DNA of 64,000 nt from Candidatus Omnitrophota bacterium (GTDB taxonomy: Bacteria; Omnitrophota; Omnitrophia; Omnitrophales; Aquincolibacteriaceae), in NCBI GenBank assembly GCA_903884815.1, contig CAISGE010000058.1, forward strand, positions 6,583-70,582, given 5' to 3'. The notes under the pieces are model-generated. The model was not told the origin of the DNA. It worked only from the letters and a program-made list of their open reading frames with translations, and did not search any database. The translations under genes and the position numbers were made by a program. Shown here one piece after another: positions 54,366-63,421 of the stretch. Position 1 is the stretch's first letter, and every line of letters begins with the position of its first letter.

Positions 54366-54641
54366 TTATTCCCTCTTGCGCGAATGGTGAAAAGCCTGAG
54401 CTTCTGCCTCGCTTCTTGGCAGCCCTGCATCGAACTCCATTATTGCAGCTCTTTCACTTTCCGCATTCGTTAATTTTTCGGTCTTCGTGGAAGCGGAAAC
54501 GGGCATAAAGCCTTTTTGACGATATATCGCGTTACTGATATCGGCAAGCCCATTGAGCTGATCGCGGAGCAATTCTAAATCCGAATCTGAAAGATTGCAA
54601 CTTGGGCCGACGATTTTACGGCATTGAGATACCGATAGCAT
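54366..54641 (-). CDS. small hypothetical protein directly upstream of the recombinase gene (possible accessory/directionality factor, speculative)
   Basis: 91-aa ORF on the same strand, ending 6 bp before the recombinase start. No recognisable motif. Confidence 0.35.
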   Translation of the reverse strand: MLSVSQCRKIVGPSCNLSDSDLELLRDQLNGLADISNAIYRQKGFMPVSASTKTEKLTNAESERAAIMEFDAGLPRSEAEAQAFHHSRKRE

Positions 54642-55090
54642 AGCAGCCTCGACCTATGCGCATAGAAGCAGGGAGAGGGTGCTCGCGTCGGACCGCCTTG
54701 AGGTTGGCAAAATAAAACATCAAGTGATTCCCCCTAGCGCGTTTGCTGCCCGGAAATAAAAAACCCCGGAACAGATATGTTCAACCACATATCTATCCAG
54801 GGCCACGCAAGGGGTAATCCCAAGTGAGGGTGTCCCAGAAAGGGCGTTTTAGATTCACTCCCGGGCCCTTGCCAAAGGGGTGTCCGAGGGGCTTTCCGCA
54901 CTGGGTACTTACCGACGATAAACCCAGCACTTAATTCCTACAATTTCAGAATATCATCATTTAGATTTTGGATGCAAGATATTTTTTAGCCGATTATTTT
55001 TAACCGATTATTCTAAGTTAATCCAGGTGGTTTTTTTGTTTTTGCAGAGTTAAACTGCGTAAGTGGTGACTGTGAAAATAGGAGGGGGTT

Positions 55091-55264
55091 ATGGGGATAA
55101 AAGTGTTAAAAAATATTGCTCGTGAATATAAGTCAAAGCTAAGGCAAAGCAGGAGGGAAGCGATTCAAGCGCAGACTTCCCAGGGGAATAAAGTGACTTC
55201 TTCTCTCGTTGTTGAACTGAGAAAATCCGCCAGGGAATATAAGAAGAAACTACGAGGAATCTAA
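55091..55264 (+). CDS. 57-aa basic protein with internal duplicated motif (below the ORF-track cutoff)
   Basis: Strong SD AGGAGGGGG at 55079-55087, 3 nt before the ATG at 55091. Translation is MGIKVLKNIAREYKSKLRQSRREAIQAQTSQGNKVTSSLVVELRKSAREYKKKLRGI, and the IAREYKSKLR / SAREYKKKLR motif is repeated. Confidence 0.45.
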   Translation: MGIKVLKNIAREYKSKLRQSRREAIQAQTSQGNKVTSSLVVELRKSAREYKKKLRGI

Positions 55265-55298
55265 GGGGAAAAGATGATGAGCGGATTCAGAGAGAAAA

Positions 55299-55787
55299 AT
55301 GAAAGCTGATCTTCTGCCGGCGATTATGAAACAATTTCAACTTAGACAGGATTCCATCCACGGCATAGAGCATTGGAGGCGTGTTGGGGGACTGGGACTT
55401 ATGCTTGCGGAGAAAACGGGGGCGGATAGGAATGTCATCAGCCTGTTTGCGTATCTTCACGATTCTAAGCGTGAGAATGAATTTGTGGACCTAGAGCATG
55501 GTGCGAGAGCAGCCGAGTTCGTGACGGAACTTTATAAGACGGGGAAAATGTCTATTTCCGAAAAGCAGTTGGAACAGCTTACCTATGCCTGTCGTTATCA
55601 TAGCGATCTGAACGCCAAGTCAGACGATATTACGGTTATGACCTGTTGGGATGCCGATAGGCTCGATCTCTGGCGGGTTGGGGAAACCCCCGATCCGGCA
55701 CGGCTCAATACAGATGCCGCGAAAGTACCAGCCATGATCGAATATAGCGGGCAGATGACGAAAGATTTTTTAAAAGGCGATCGTTAA
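55299..55787 (+). CDS. HD-domain phosphohydrolase-like protein
   Basis: HGIEHWRRVG...FAYLHDSKRE gives an H...HD metal-binding pattern. 162 aa. Confidence 0.55.
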   Translation: MKADLLPAIMKQFQLRQDSIHGIEHWRRVGGLGLMLAEKTGADRNVISLFAYLHDSKRENEFVDLEHGARAAEFVTELYKTGKMSISEKQLEQLTYACRYHSDLNAKSDDITVMTCWDADRLDLWRVGETPDPARLNTDAAKVPAMIEYSGQMTKDFLKGDR

Positions 55788-55796
55788 AGGCGAGAA

Positions 55797-56018
55797 TTAA
55801 ATCTTTTCTGTTTCCCGAAGCAGTTGCGAGAGGGGCGTTTTTAAGGCTTTTGCAATTTTAGAACATACTTCTATTCCTGCCGCCACTTTTCCGGATTCAA
55901 TAGAGCTGACATAGGTCCGATGGATCTCCGCAAGCTCAGCAAATCTCTCCTGGGATAGACCAAGTTTCTGCCTTCTTCGTCTCACCACCACTCCAAAATG
56001 CCGCTTGATGTCCGTCAT
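55797..56018 (-). CDS. XRE/Cro-CI family helix-turn-helix transcriptional regulator
   Basis: LGLSQERFAELAEIHRTYVSSIESGK is a classic HTH_3 pattern. 73 aa. Divergent from the gene at 56106. Confidence 0.75.
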   Translation of the reverse strand: MTDIKRHFGVVVRRRRQKLGLSQERFAELAEIHRTYVSSIESGKVAAGIEVCSKIAKALKTPLSQLLRETEKI

Positions 56019-56080
56019 CCATACCCTCGCTTTTGTAAGGGTATGGTGCTATCATGCAGACGATATATCTACAGACGATA
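56019..56080. promoter_or_regulatory. divergent intergenic operator-like region: 9-bp perfect inverted repeat plus CAGACGATA direct repeats
   Basis: CCATACCCT (56019-56027) pairs with AGGGTATGG (56038-46), abutting the XRE start codon. CAGACGATA occurs at 56057-56065 and 56072-56080. Confidence 0.4.
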
Positions 56081-56105
56081 GTCTACAAATAAATAAAGGA
56101 TACTT

Positions 56106-56969
56106 ATGGGAACGGTTATCTCATTAGTCGCGTTATTTTTTCTCATCGTAATGTTTCTTCCCCATCTCTCCCGTAAAGCGAATCCAAAGTTGAGGATTAT
56201 TCTCATAGTTATAATCATGATGTGGGCTACGTTTTGGATCGACAATCAAAATCAGTTGCCTTTTAGAGATCCTTTTGTGGTGGGGAAGGAATTTGTTTGC
56301 GGCTTAATCATTCAAGATAAAACAGCGATGGAAGCCGTCTCGTCAAATAAGGAATTGAACCGAAAAGTTGCGGCGTTAATTCCGAACGATTATAACAATC
56401 TTCGTGACGAGATAATAAAAGGTTCTGGAAGTGATGTTTTTCGCGAAGTTTCCAGAATGGATTATCTAGAGCCTCGTGATCGTTCCGGCCGTCTCGAACT
56501 CATTTCGTTTGCTAAATACGCCCAGTTTGATGATTCCCGGTGGGAAACGCCGTTCATTATTTGCACGTACGCTTACGGCGTAAACGAAGATGATAACAAC
56601 CGTTTCTTTTATTACACATTGCTCTTGCGATCAATATACTCACCTACTCTTTGGGAGAAATCCAGGCAATGGATTCATAAAATTCCTTTTATTGGAGATA
56701 GGCTTTGTGCGTATCCAGATAGCAAGCCCAAATGGATCGTAGAAGGCTTTTACACAAAAGATAACTATATGGCGTTTGCTCTAGATCAAATCAAAACAAT
56801 TGACGAGATCACTAATCTGCCTGACAAGCAAAAAAACGGATACTTTGAAAAAGTTTCTAAGCTCGCTTCCATCGATTTAAGCAGCATAATGAAATTCTCC
56901 GGAGTGGAACTTTTAGAGAAGCAAAATCAAGAAGCGAGGGAAATATCAACAACGGTGAATCAAAATTAA
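56106..56969 (+). CDS. hypothetical membrane-anchored protein
   Basis: RBS AAGGA 6 nt upstream. Two N-terminal hydrophobic helices (VISLVALFFLIVMFL, IILIVIIMMWATFWI). 287 aa, AT-rich codon usage. Confidence 0.5.
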   Translation: MGTVISLVALFFLIVMFLPHLSRKANPKLRIILIVIIMMWATFWIDNQNQLPFRDPFVVGKEFVCGLIIQDKTAMEAVSSNKELNRKVAALIPNDYNNLRDEIIKGSGSDVFREVSRMDYLEPRDRSGRLELISFAKYAQFDDSRWETPFIICTYAYGVNEDDNNRFFYYTLLLRSIYSPTLWEKSRQWIHKIPFIGDRLCAYPDSKPKWIVEGFYTKDNYMAFALDQIKTIDEITNLPDKQKNGYFEKVSKLASIDLSSIMKFSGVELLEKQNQEAREISTTVNQN

Positions 56970-57151
56970 ACCATCTGCAGCTCAAAAGTATCTGTGGAGC
57001 AATTAAAACAATCCGTGGAGTTTTAACGGTTTTATGATACCGTCCATTTCTGGCGGGGAAAATAATTTCCGCAATGAGTTTACCGTTTCAACAGGAGCAT
57101 AACAAATGCTTGGCCCAATGCTAAACGTGTAATCTTTAAAGAGAAAAGACC

Positions 57152-58279
57152 ATGAAGAAAAAATGCGCCGTATTATTTTTGATACTTCTGCTTCCGTTGA
57201 ATGCCTATGCTGAAGACAAAGAAATCGTTACCCGAACTGGGCAGTCCACAGGTTTATATGTTCATGAAAATAATCCGATACAGCAATATCAAAGCACAAT
57301 GAGGATGACGAATCAAACGCCGGGAGTTAGCGTGGACCCGTATATGGCAAGTACTGGTGGGCGAAATCTTCAAACGATCGGAAGTGGTATGCAAAATTCT
57401 TTTTTCCAATTATCAAATAAGTTGGCCGCCAGAGATCTTGCTGCGGCCGCAAGTGACTTTCAGCTGCGATTAAGCAATATCCAAACTAGTGCTACGCTAG
57501 ACAAGGATTGTTCCGAATTGGCTTTGATCAAATATCAGGGGGAGATTGAACGGGCTGTTTCCGACTCTTCTCGCCTTGTTGGTCGCTCGGGGGATAGAAG
57601 GCGGTTTACAAATCAAGCAAAGACAAACGCAACGATTTTAAGAAACGAAATACTCATCGAATTTTCTCGAAAAAGAAAAGACGCGGGGCTGCCAGAATTT
57701 GATAGTTCGTTCATAGAAAAAGTTATTGCTGGAACGGTAACTAATCCTGGTAATTCTTCCGTCCCGTTTGAAGGAGAAGTGTATTTCAAAAAAGGTGAAG
57801 TTGATAAAGCTCTCTCTTATTGCAACAAGGCCATTGAAACAAACAAGGAAGATGCGCGAGCTTACTCTCTGCGAGGATTTATCTATCTTACTAAAGGCGA
57901 TTTAGATGGGGCCATGTCTGACAGCAGCAAGGCCATATCAATAAATCCTATATTCTCGGGAGGCTATAATACGCGAGGGGCGGCCTATTTTGAGAAGGGG
58001 GTTTTCGACAAAGCGATTTCGGATTACAAGACAGCTATAGAGCTCGATCCTTTGGCTACTATTGTTTACTGCAACCGAGGATTAGCTTATTACCGCTTAG
58101 GACAGTATGAGGAAGCACTTGATGATTATATGGTTTTTTATGTTACCGGAAAATTGTCCAAGGAAGATTGCCGTGGAGCTTATGATGACTTTGTGAAATA
58201 TGCTCCAAACAAGGCTCCGACAGACACAATGGATATAAGAAGTCAAATACTTGGACTTTTAAAAGAAAAGATGGGATGA
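57152..58279 (+). CDS. secreted TPR-repeat protein
   Basis: Signal peptide MKKKCAVLFLILLLPLNAYA. At least four TPR-like units in the C-terminal half (AYSLRGFIYLTKGDLDGAMSDSSKAISINP, NTRGAAYFEKGVFDKAISDYKTAIELDP, YCNRGLAYYRLGQYEEALDDY). Confidence 0.65.
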   Translation: MKKKCAVLFLILLLPLNAYAEDKEIVTRTGQSTGLYVHENNPIQQYQSTMRMTNQTPGVSVDPYMASTGGRNLQTIGSGMQNSFFQLSNKLAARDLAAAASDFQLRLSNIQTSATLDKDCSELALIKYQGEIERAVSDSSRLVGRSGDRRRFTNQAKTNATILRNEILIEFSRKRKDAGLPEFDSSFIEKVIAGTVTNPGNSSVPFEGEVYFKKGEVDKALSYCNKAIETNKEDARAYSLRGFIYLTKGDLDGAMSDSSKAISINPIFSGGYNTRGAAYFEKGVFDKAISDYKTAIELDPLATIVYCNRGLAYYRLGQYEEALDDYMVFYVTGKLSKEDCRGAYDDFVKYAPNKAPTDTMDIRSQILGLLKEKMG

Positions 58280-58310
58280 CGCGGCAGAGAAAAACAGAAA
58301 GGGTTAAACC

Positions 58311-58529
58311 GTGAAAATTATGCACCGTTCTATCCTTATAGGGCTTGTCGTAGTCGCGATGTTTTTTTCTTGGAAAATGGAAAACGTAAGAGCTGGGTGG
58401 AGTGATGAGTCAGAGCGAGCGTATCAAACGCAGGAAGTAACGAGTGCAATTCGAGATCAAACAATGCAACAGCTTAATATCGCCAACGACCAGGCCGTCC
58501 AAGAAAGATTAGAGCAAAACCGAAGATGA
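58311..58529 (+). CDS. small membrane protein
   Basis: 72 aa with an N-terminal TM helix ILIGLVVVAMFFSW. Weakly supported. Confidence 0.3.
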   Translation: MKIMHRSILIGLVVVAMFFSWKMENVRAGWSDESERAYQTQEVTSAIRDQTMQQLNIANDQAVQERLEQNRR

Positions 58530-58671
58530 TATTGAAAAGAAAACAGAGAGGATAAAGGATCAAAGTGTTTGATGGTCCTGCTGGATGCGCGGGCTAACGC
58601 CACAGCGTGTGGAGATGCTGATAATGGGCGGAAAACGTAGCTGCCTTATTTTGGTTTACTGAAAAAGGAGG

Positions 58672-58878
58672 ATGAGAATAAAAAAGTTTTTTTCAGTGCT
58701 GCTAATGCTTGTTCTTTTTACCACCCCGGCTTTTGCATATCATGATTTCGAGACCGTTAGTGATGCCCAGGATCGGCACCAAGCGGAGCATTACGAGCAG
58801 AGACAAGCGAACGGTGGCAATGAACCTTTGGGTGGATATTCCGATAAGCTCGGCGATTCGTCTGGTCGCAGCAATTAA
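58672..58878 (+). CDS. small secreted peptide, paralog A (signal peptide plus 45-aa mature region)
   Basis: AAGGAGG immediately upstream. Signal peptide ...LLMLVLFTTPAFA. The mature part YHDFETVSDAQDRHQAEHYEQRQANGGNEPLGGYSDKLGDSSGRSN is near-identical to paralog B. Confidence 0.6.
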   Translation: MRIKKFFSVLLMLVLFTTPAFAYHDFETVSDAQDRHQAEHYEQRQANGGNEPLGGYSDKLGDSSGRSN

Positions 58879-58922
58879 AATATGATGGATGTTGTCAGAC
58901 AATCTACGAATAAGAGGTATCG

Positions 58923-59396
58923 ATGTCGCAATCGCAAAGCAAGCCGCTACGAACTAACTACTTAAAGCGATTATGGCTGACAATGTCTTGGAACGTTGTG
59001 TGGTATGCCGTTTATGCTTTATGGATATTATTTCATTATGTAATTCCTACTGCGATTAGTGTATTTCATAATTTGGGATGGATTTATAAATACTCCACAT
59101 GGGAAATCTTTATTTCTCCCGCGGCGTATATTTTTCTTTCTTTATCTATCGGTTCAATTTTCTTTCCAATCCAATGTCTTTTTCTAATACCAGGTTATTT
59201 TGATAAAACAGTCGAACAACTATTTCGCAGAAGATATTTATGGACGCTACTCACATTCATTGGCTTGCCTGTGGCAATGGCGGTCATCGGGTTTATTCTT
59301 TGGGGATCTTGTCCGTTAGATGTCGACAAAGATTCTTTTATCCATCTTAGATTCATCCCATTTTTCCCCTGGCCAAGTGAGCCTTTCTTTACATGA
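58923..59396 (+). CDS. hypothetical polytopic membrane protein
   Basis: 157 aa with about 4 hydrophobic helices, rich in W/Y/F. Confidence 0.45.
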   Translation: MSQSQSKPLRTNYLKRLWLTMSWNVVWYAVYALWILFHYVIPTAISVFHNLGWIYKYSTWEIFISPAAYIFLSLSIGSIFFPIQCLFLIPGYFDKTVEQLFRRRYLWTLLTFIGLPVAMAVIGFILWGSCPLDVDKDSFIHLRFIPFFPWPSEPFFT

Positions 59397-59405
59397 TGTG
59401 ATTTT

Positions 59406-59798
59406 ATGCATGACGAGATAATGCAGGAAAAATGGCCGGAGTTTGAAAAACAATTTAAGCAATATGCGGAGTTTGGACCATTTTTAGCAAAGGTTGGCTA
59501 TTCCGAAACGATGGCTGAGGCGCGTAAACGCTTGCGGAAGATCGTTAGGGAATCCCGCGGCAAAAACTTTGCCGAAGAATCGAAGCGGTTAGTTTTTAGG
59601 GAGTTTGCCATATTCCTCCTTATGCTTTACCGCATCCAAGTGACCCACAAGGAAGCATGTGAGTGTTCGGTATGCTTCAATTTTCGTCGTCTGTTCAGTC
59701 TCTTTTTCAGGAAATCCAAGCGAGGACTCAGTTTTTTCTTCGATACGGGTAAGCACTTTGACGGAGACGTTGGCTTTCGTTTAACAGATGTTGTATAA
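59406..59798 (+). CDS. hypothetical protein
   Basis: 130-aa ORF starting 10 bp after the previous stop. No motif recognised. Confidence 0.35.
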   Translation: MHDEIMQEKWPEFEKQFKQYAEFGPFLAKVGYSETMAEARKRLRKIVRESRGKNFAEESKRLVFREFAIFLLMLYRIQVTHKEACECSVCFNFRRLFSLFFRKSKRGLSFFFDTGKHFDGDVGFRLTDVV

Positions 59799-59837
59799 GC
59801 TGTTGGAATAGCCCATAGAGAGAGCGATAAAAAATGA

Positions 59838-60386
59838 TTGCGGAAAAGCATTATGTGGACGCCCGTTAGGCTATCGATTTTGATCCTTTTCATATTTTCT
59901 GCGGCCAACGTAGGGTTTGCAGACGAGGATGCTAAATCAAAAGCTGTTGCAAAAAATGTTGCAACCGATATTGAGAGGCAAATCGATGAGATGACCCAAA
60001 GAGGGAACGAGAGAAAAATGTACTATCATAAAAAAATTCAGGAGTCTTTAGAAAATTCTGCAAAAGAGATCTCGATGCCGGGATGGCGTCGTCAATGGAT
60101 GTTAGAAAATGAAGCAAGAGATCAGCAGGAGTACGCCAAAATTGATGCAATCTCTGAACAAAAAATCAAAGATGGGAAAAAACAAATATTGGATCTTCCC
60201 GAAGACGTTTGGCGCAAAGAATACATCTCGGCTACCGAAGACGCAAAGGGGGGAGTCATTCTTTTTTATGAAACTATTTTGGACGGCCTAGTCCAAGATG
60301 GTTATATAACAACGACGGAATCTGCGGATAGAAAAAGTAGAGCCGCTAGGGAATGGCCGGAAGCTCGTGCGGCGTATGGGCGATAA
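59838..60386 (+). CDS. hypothetical secreted protein
   Basis: Signal-like N-terminus MRKSIMWTPVRLSILILFIFSAANVGFA. 182 aa. Confidence 0.45.
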   Translation: MRKSIMWTPVRLSILILFIFSAANVGFADEDAKSKAVAKNVATDIERQIDEMTQRGNERKMYYHKKIQESLENSAKEISMPGWRRQWMLENEARDQQEYAKIDAISEQKIKDGKKQILDLPEDVWRKEYISATEDAKGGVILFYETILDGLVQDGYITTTESADRKSRAAREWPEARAAYGR

Positions 60387-60491
60387 TATTTCTGGTGATC
60401 TTGCGCAAGAGAGTCAAACTATCCCAAAAGATTTATTTAAAGGCTCTTTTCTGAGTGCTGATGAAGTGAGTTTGAAAACAAGGAGGACATT

Positions 60492-60692
60492 ATGAAAAAG
60501 GTTCTATTTGTAGTAGTTGCTATGTTGGTTATATCAACCCCAGTTTTTGCATATCACGATTTCGAGACCGTTAGTGATGCCCAGGATCGGCACCAAGCGG
60601 AGCAATATGAGCAGAGGCAAGCGAACGGTGGGAATGAGCCTTTAGGTGGATATTCCGATAGGCTCGGCGATTCGTCTGGTCGTACCAATTAA
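60492..60692 (+). CDS. small secreted peptide, paralog B
   Basis: AAGGAGG 5 nt upstream. Signal MKKVLFVVVAMLVISTPVFA. The mature region is about 93% identical in nucleotides to paralog A. Confidence 0.65.
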   Translation: MKKVLFVVVAMLVISTPVFAYHDFETVSDAQDRHQAEQYEQRQANGGNEPLGGYSDRLGDSSGRTN

Positions 60693-60717
60693 AAGTTAGC
60701 TGAAATTATTTCAGCCA

Positions 60718-61116
60718 ATGACGAAAGACAAGCCTAATATCCTTATTGATGCCGAATGGGATGGTCTCGGAGAATATTTGTCCGAATTTCTAACGGATAA
60801 TGATTTTAAAGTAACTGTGATAGAGGCGAATTTTGACAGCGAAAAAATTATTTCAGAATTATCCAGAGGAACCTATGCCGTAGTCATATTGACCGAGAAT
60901 TGTTCCCCGTCTAAGCGATGGCCAGATGCAGCAAAACAACTTTTAGATGCAGTGTCGGAAGTTAAGAGGAAATGCCCGAAGGTTTATTGTGTGGTTATGG
61001 GTGGGCAACATGATATAGATTTCGTGATCGGACTTGAAAGGCGAGGGATTGACGATTTTTTTCCATTGCCATTCAAAACCGAATATCTTCTCAGTCGGAT
61101 CGAAAAAGCCATTTAA
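60718..61116 (+). CDS. receiver (CheY)-like domain protein lacking the canonical phospho-acceptor Asp (pseudo-receiver, tentative)
   Basis: A (beta-alpha)5-like hydrophobic pattern (NILIDAEWDG ... YAVVILTENCS ... KVYCVVMGG). The expected Asp position reads TEN. Confidence 0.3.
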   Translation: MTKDKPNILIDAEWDGLGEYLSEFLTDNDFKVTVIEANFDSEKIISELSRGTYAVVILTENCSPSKRWPDAAKQLLDAVSEVKRKCPKVYCVVMGGQHDIDFVIGLERRGIDDFFPLPFKTEYLLSRIEKAI

Positions 61117-61134
61117 TTACTCGGAGAGAGAAAA

Positions 61135-61449
61135 ATGAAACCGGTGAAGCTCCAGTTCCTACAAGAAGCGGGGCTGTACGAAGTACCGGACGACCTCCTG
61201 GAAAAGTATTGCCAGGACAACAATCTGGAGGAGGGGGAAGTGTACGAGTTCCTTCCGAACCCCGAGACCGGCCTACCGATGATTTTGGGGAATCGCCCGA
61301 GCCCATCGTTCCACAAGAAGTTAGACCAACTCCTGCAAGAAGCGACGTCCCTCGAGGAACTAAGAGCGATAAAAGACTCGCAGGAAAGGACTCTCGAAGG
61401 ATTGGAAGTTCTGCTGTCTCTAAGGTCGGATATACTAGCGATGGCATAA
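61135..61449 (+). CDS. hypothetical protein
   Basis: 104 aa. GGAGAGAG upstream. Confidence 0.35.
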   Translation: MKPVKLQFLQEAGLYEVPDDLLEKYCQDNNLEEGEVYEFLPNPETGLPMILGNRPSPSFHKKLDQLLQEATSLEELRAIKDSQERTLEGLEVLLSLRSDILAMA

Positions 61450-61466
61450 TTGCATTATCGCAAACT

Positions 61467-61994
61467 CTAGTTGCTCTGTCCGGCTAATTCTCTTTCCCTT
61501 TCTTCCATAGCTCTGAAAACCCTAAGAAACGAGATTTCCTCGCCGATTGATTTCCCAAAGACTTTCTGAAACATTTCGTCGATTTTGTGAGCAGCTGTTT
61601 TGAACCCCATCCCACGGATAAAGTCTTTAAATGATACCTCGTTTGAAGCACCTGCCAGGTCCAATAAGAATTGGTTTGCCTTTAAAGAGGCACTTTCATT
61701 CTTGGCTTTTTGGGAGAGGATGATAATTCGATCAATTGCATATTGGGCTTCCTCCCGGGCTCGATTTAATGCTCCCGTGATTTTGTTTTGAGCTTCTTGC
61801 TGCTGAATTGCGGCAAAGTCCCTGTAGGCAGATTCCAATCTTCCGCCCTCCATAAACAAGTTTCTAACATAAGCTTCACTATATCCGGTAGCATCAGCGA
61901 TGTCTTTGGAAGTTTTACCCAAATATCGCATTTCAATAGCTTGGCGTCTTTTTTCATTCAAGGTCTTTGGTTTAGATGTTGTCTTTTGTTGCAA
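61467..61994 (-). CDS. HTH-containing protein (sigma-70 region-4-like / phage terminase small-subunit-like)
   Basis: LNEKRRQAIEMRYLGKTSKDIADATGYSEAYVRNLF is a region-4/LuxR-type HTH. 175 aa. Confidence 0.45.
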   Translation of the reverse strand: MQQKTTSKPKTLNEKRRQAIEMRYLGKTSKDIADATGYSEAYVRNLFMEGGRLESAYRDFAAIQQQEAQNKITGALNRAREEAQYAIDRIIILSQKAKNESASLKANQFLLDLAGASNEVSFKDFIRGMGFKTAAHKIDEMFQKVFGKSIGEEISFLRVFRAMEERERELAGQSN

Positions 61995-62017
61995 TTTGTC
62001 ACTTCCTCGGATTCAGG

Positions 62018-62359
62018 TCATCCGACGTCAAAATGCAAAGGTTTGCCGTCGATTATTATTGGCCCCATCTGGGTGTAGGTAGGTTCGCTTTGGACTACTT
62101 TCTGTGTCACTTTGCCGTCTACCCGATCTAAAATCTCTTTGATCGCTGAAACCTCGCCATTCAGGCCGCTCCAAACCAATCGCAATATAAGAGCTTTTTT
62201 CCCCGGCATCGTTAACTTCAATCCCGACTCGGGATCGCTAATACTAAAGTCTCCTTCCAAGACCTTTCTGAGGAGGGGGCCAAGATAAGGACCTTTTTGA
62301 GTATGGTCTTTACGATTCACTGGAAAGCGTGTTCTTTTCGGCGGTGCCGGCGTTGGCAT
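62018..62359 (-). CDS. hypothetical protein
   Basis: 113-aa ORF co-oriented with 61467..61994, 23 bp apart. Confidence 0.35.
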   Translation of the reverse strand: MPTPAPPKRTRFPVNRKDHTQKGPYLGPLLRKVLEGDFSISDPESGLKLTMPGKKALILRLVWSGLNGEVSAIKEILDRVDGKVTQKVVQSEPTYTQMGPIIIDGKPLHFDVG

Positions 62360-62644
62360 ATTCCCCCCTCAAATCAGCCTCAAATCTATTTCGTTTCGTT
62401 TTAAAACGTCTTTTAAAGCCCAAAGGCTTCATAATGGTCGTTACTAGCCCATGAGCCAGACACTCCTTGCTCCATGAACTCTAAGACCCTCGCACCCACA
62501 TTTCATGATTCTAATACCGTTGGGGAGTATATTTCATAGACGAAAAGCCGCTTTTGGGTAGAATACAGCCCGTTATACATTGCAAGCGTCCCTTAGAAGC
62601 TCGACTTCGCGCAACCATTGATATAATTGGTTCCAATCATTTTG

Positions 62645-62664
62645 GCTTAGGGACGCCAATTTTC
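62645..62664 (+). repeat. attR-like imperfect copy of the tRNA-Glu 3' end
   Basis: CTTAGGGACGCCAATTTTCA versus the tRNA 3' end CTTGGGGACGCCAATCTTGA. Confidence 0.4.
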
Positions 62665-62881
62665 AAGCCGGGAAATAAATCCGGCTTGAAAATTGCTATT
62701 AACGCCGGGGATTTGAGACCGACCCGAACGACACGGGTTCAAGTGAGGGCGGCCGGCTTTGGAGGAACACGCTGACAGGCGTGCGGGGGAAAAGAAATCT
62801 CCTCCAGTAAACAGGGTCGAGCGCCAGATTGAATGATGTGCCAACCGCCGAAGGTTTTAATCTTCGAATTCAGGAGGGATT

Positions 62882-63403
62882 ATGAACCATCAAACTGAAA
62901 TCACACCGCGTTTGGGCCGTATTTTGGCCTGCCCGAAATGCCACGGAAATTTGATTGCTGAACTTTCCGGTAGCGTTGAAGTGGGTGTTTGTTCGGAGGG
63001 TTGTGGGACCTGGGTGGATATCCACCAGGAAAAAGCATTCTGGGATCTGAAGCCCGAAGTTTTTACGGTAGATGAGATGCTTCAGTTCCGTAAAAATTAC
63101 GAAGGGTTGGGTCCTCAAGGGCCGCTTCGCTATATTAATTGTCCGGTCTGCAAACAGTTGATGAACCGAAAAGTGTGGGGGAGCTATTCGGGCGTTTTCA
63201 TTGACCGTTGCCAGGCCCACGGGACGTGGTATGGCAAAGAGGAAGTTGAGAAGATCCGGGAATATATTCAAAAAGGCGGCGTGGAGTTTGAAAAGTTCTG
63301 TCTCGCGGACTCCGGAATGAGCGCCCTCGGCTTAAAGTTGAGTCAGCTTGAAACGCGGCTGGAGCATAAAATCAATAGCCTGCAAATGAGAGCTCGTTTC
63401 TAA
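62882..63403 (+). CDS. zinc-ribbon protein with two CxxC...C(x)nC modules (zf-TFIIB-like)
   Basis: ACPKCHGNL...VCSEGCGTW and NCPVCKQLM...DRCQAHGTW. GGAGGGA RBS 4 nt upstream. 173 aa. Confidence 0.6.
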   Translation: MNHQTEITPRLGRILACPKCHGNLIAELSGSVEVGVCSEGCGTWVDIHQEKAFWDLKPEVFTVDEMLQFRKNYEGLGPQGPLRYINCPVCKQLMNRKVWGSYSGVFIDRCQAHGTWYGKEEVEKIREYIQKGGVEFEKFCLADSGMSALGLKLSQLETRLEHKINSLQMRARF

Positions 63404-63421
63404 TTAAAACAGAGGTGTTCT

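Larger units (their letters stand above)
52865..62660. mobile_element. putative integrated element (about 9.8 kb) at the 3' end of tRNA-Glu, bounded by imperfect direct repeats
   Basis: The tRNA 3' end CTTGGGGACGCCAATCTTGA (52871-52890) has an imperfect copy CTTAGGGACGCCAATTTTCA at 62645-62664 (17/20, including a GGGACGCCAAT core). The serine recombinase abuts the tRNA. The interior is visibly AT-richer than the flanks and carries an XRE repressor and small accessory genes. Confidence 0.45.

Noticed and set aside
60718-61116. Functional response-regulator receiver
   Set aside because: The fold-like hydrophobic pattern is present, but the phospho-acceptor Asp position is not conserved. It is kept only as a tentative pseudo-receiver.
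62554-62775. 73-aa plus-strand ORF covering the attR-like repeat
   Set aside because: It has no RBS and a Gly/Arg-rich low-complexity product. It overlaps the putative element boundary.
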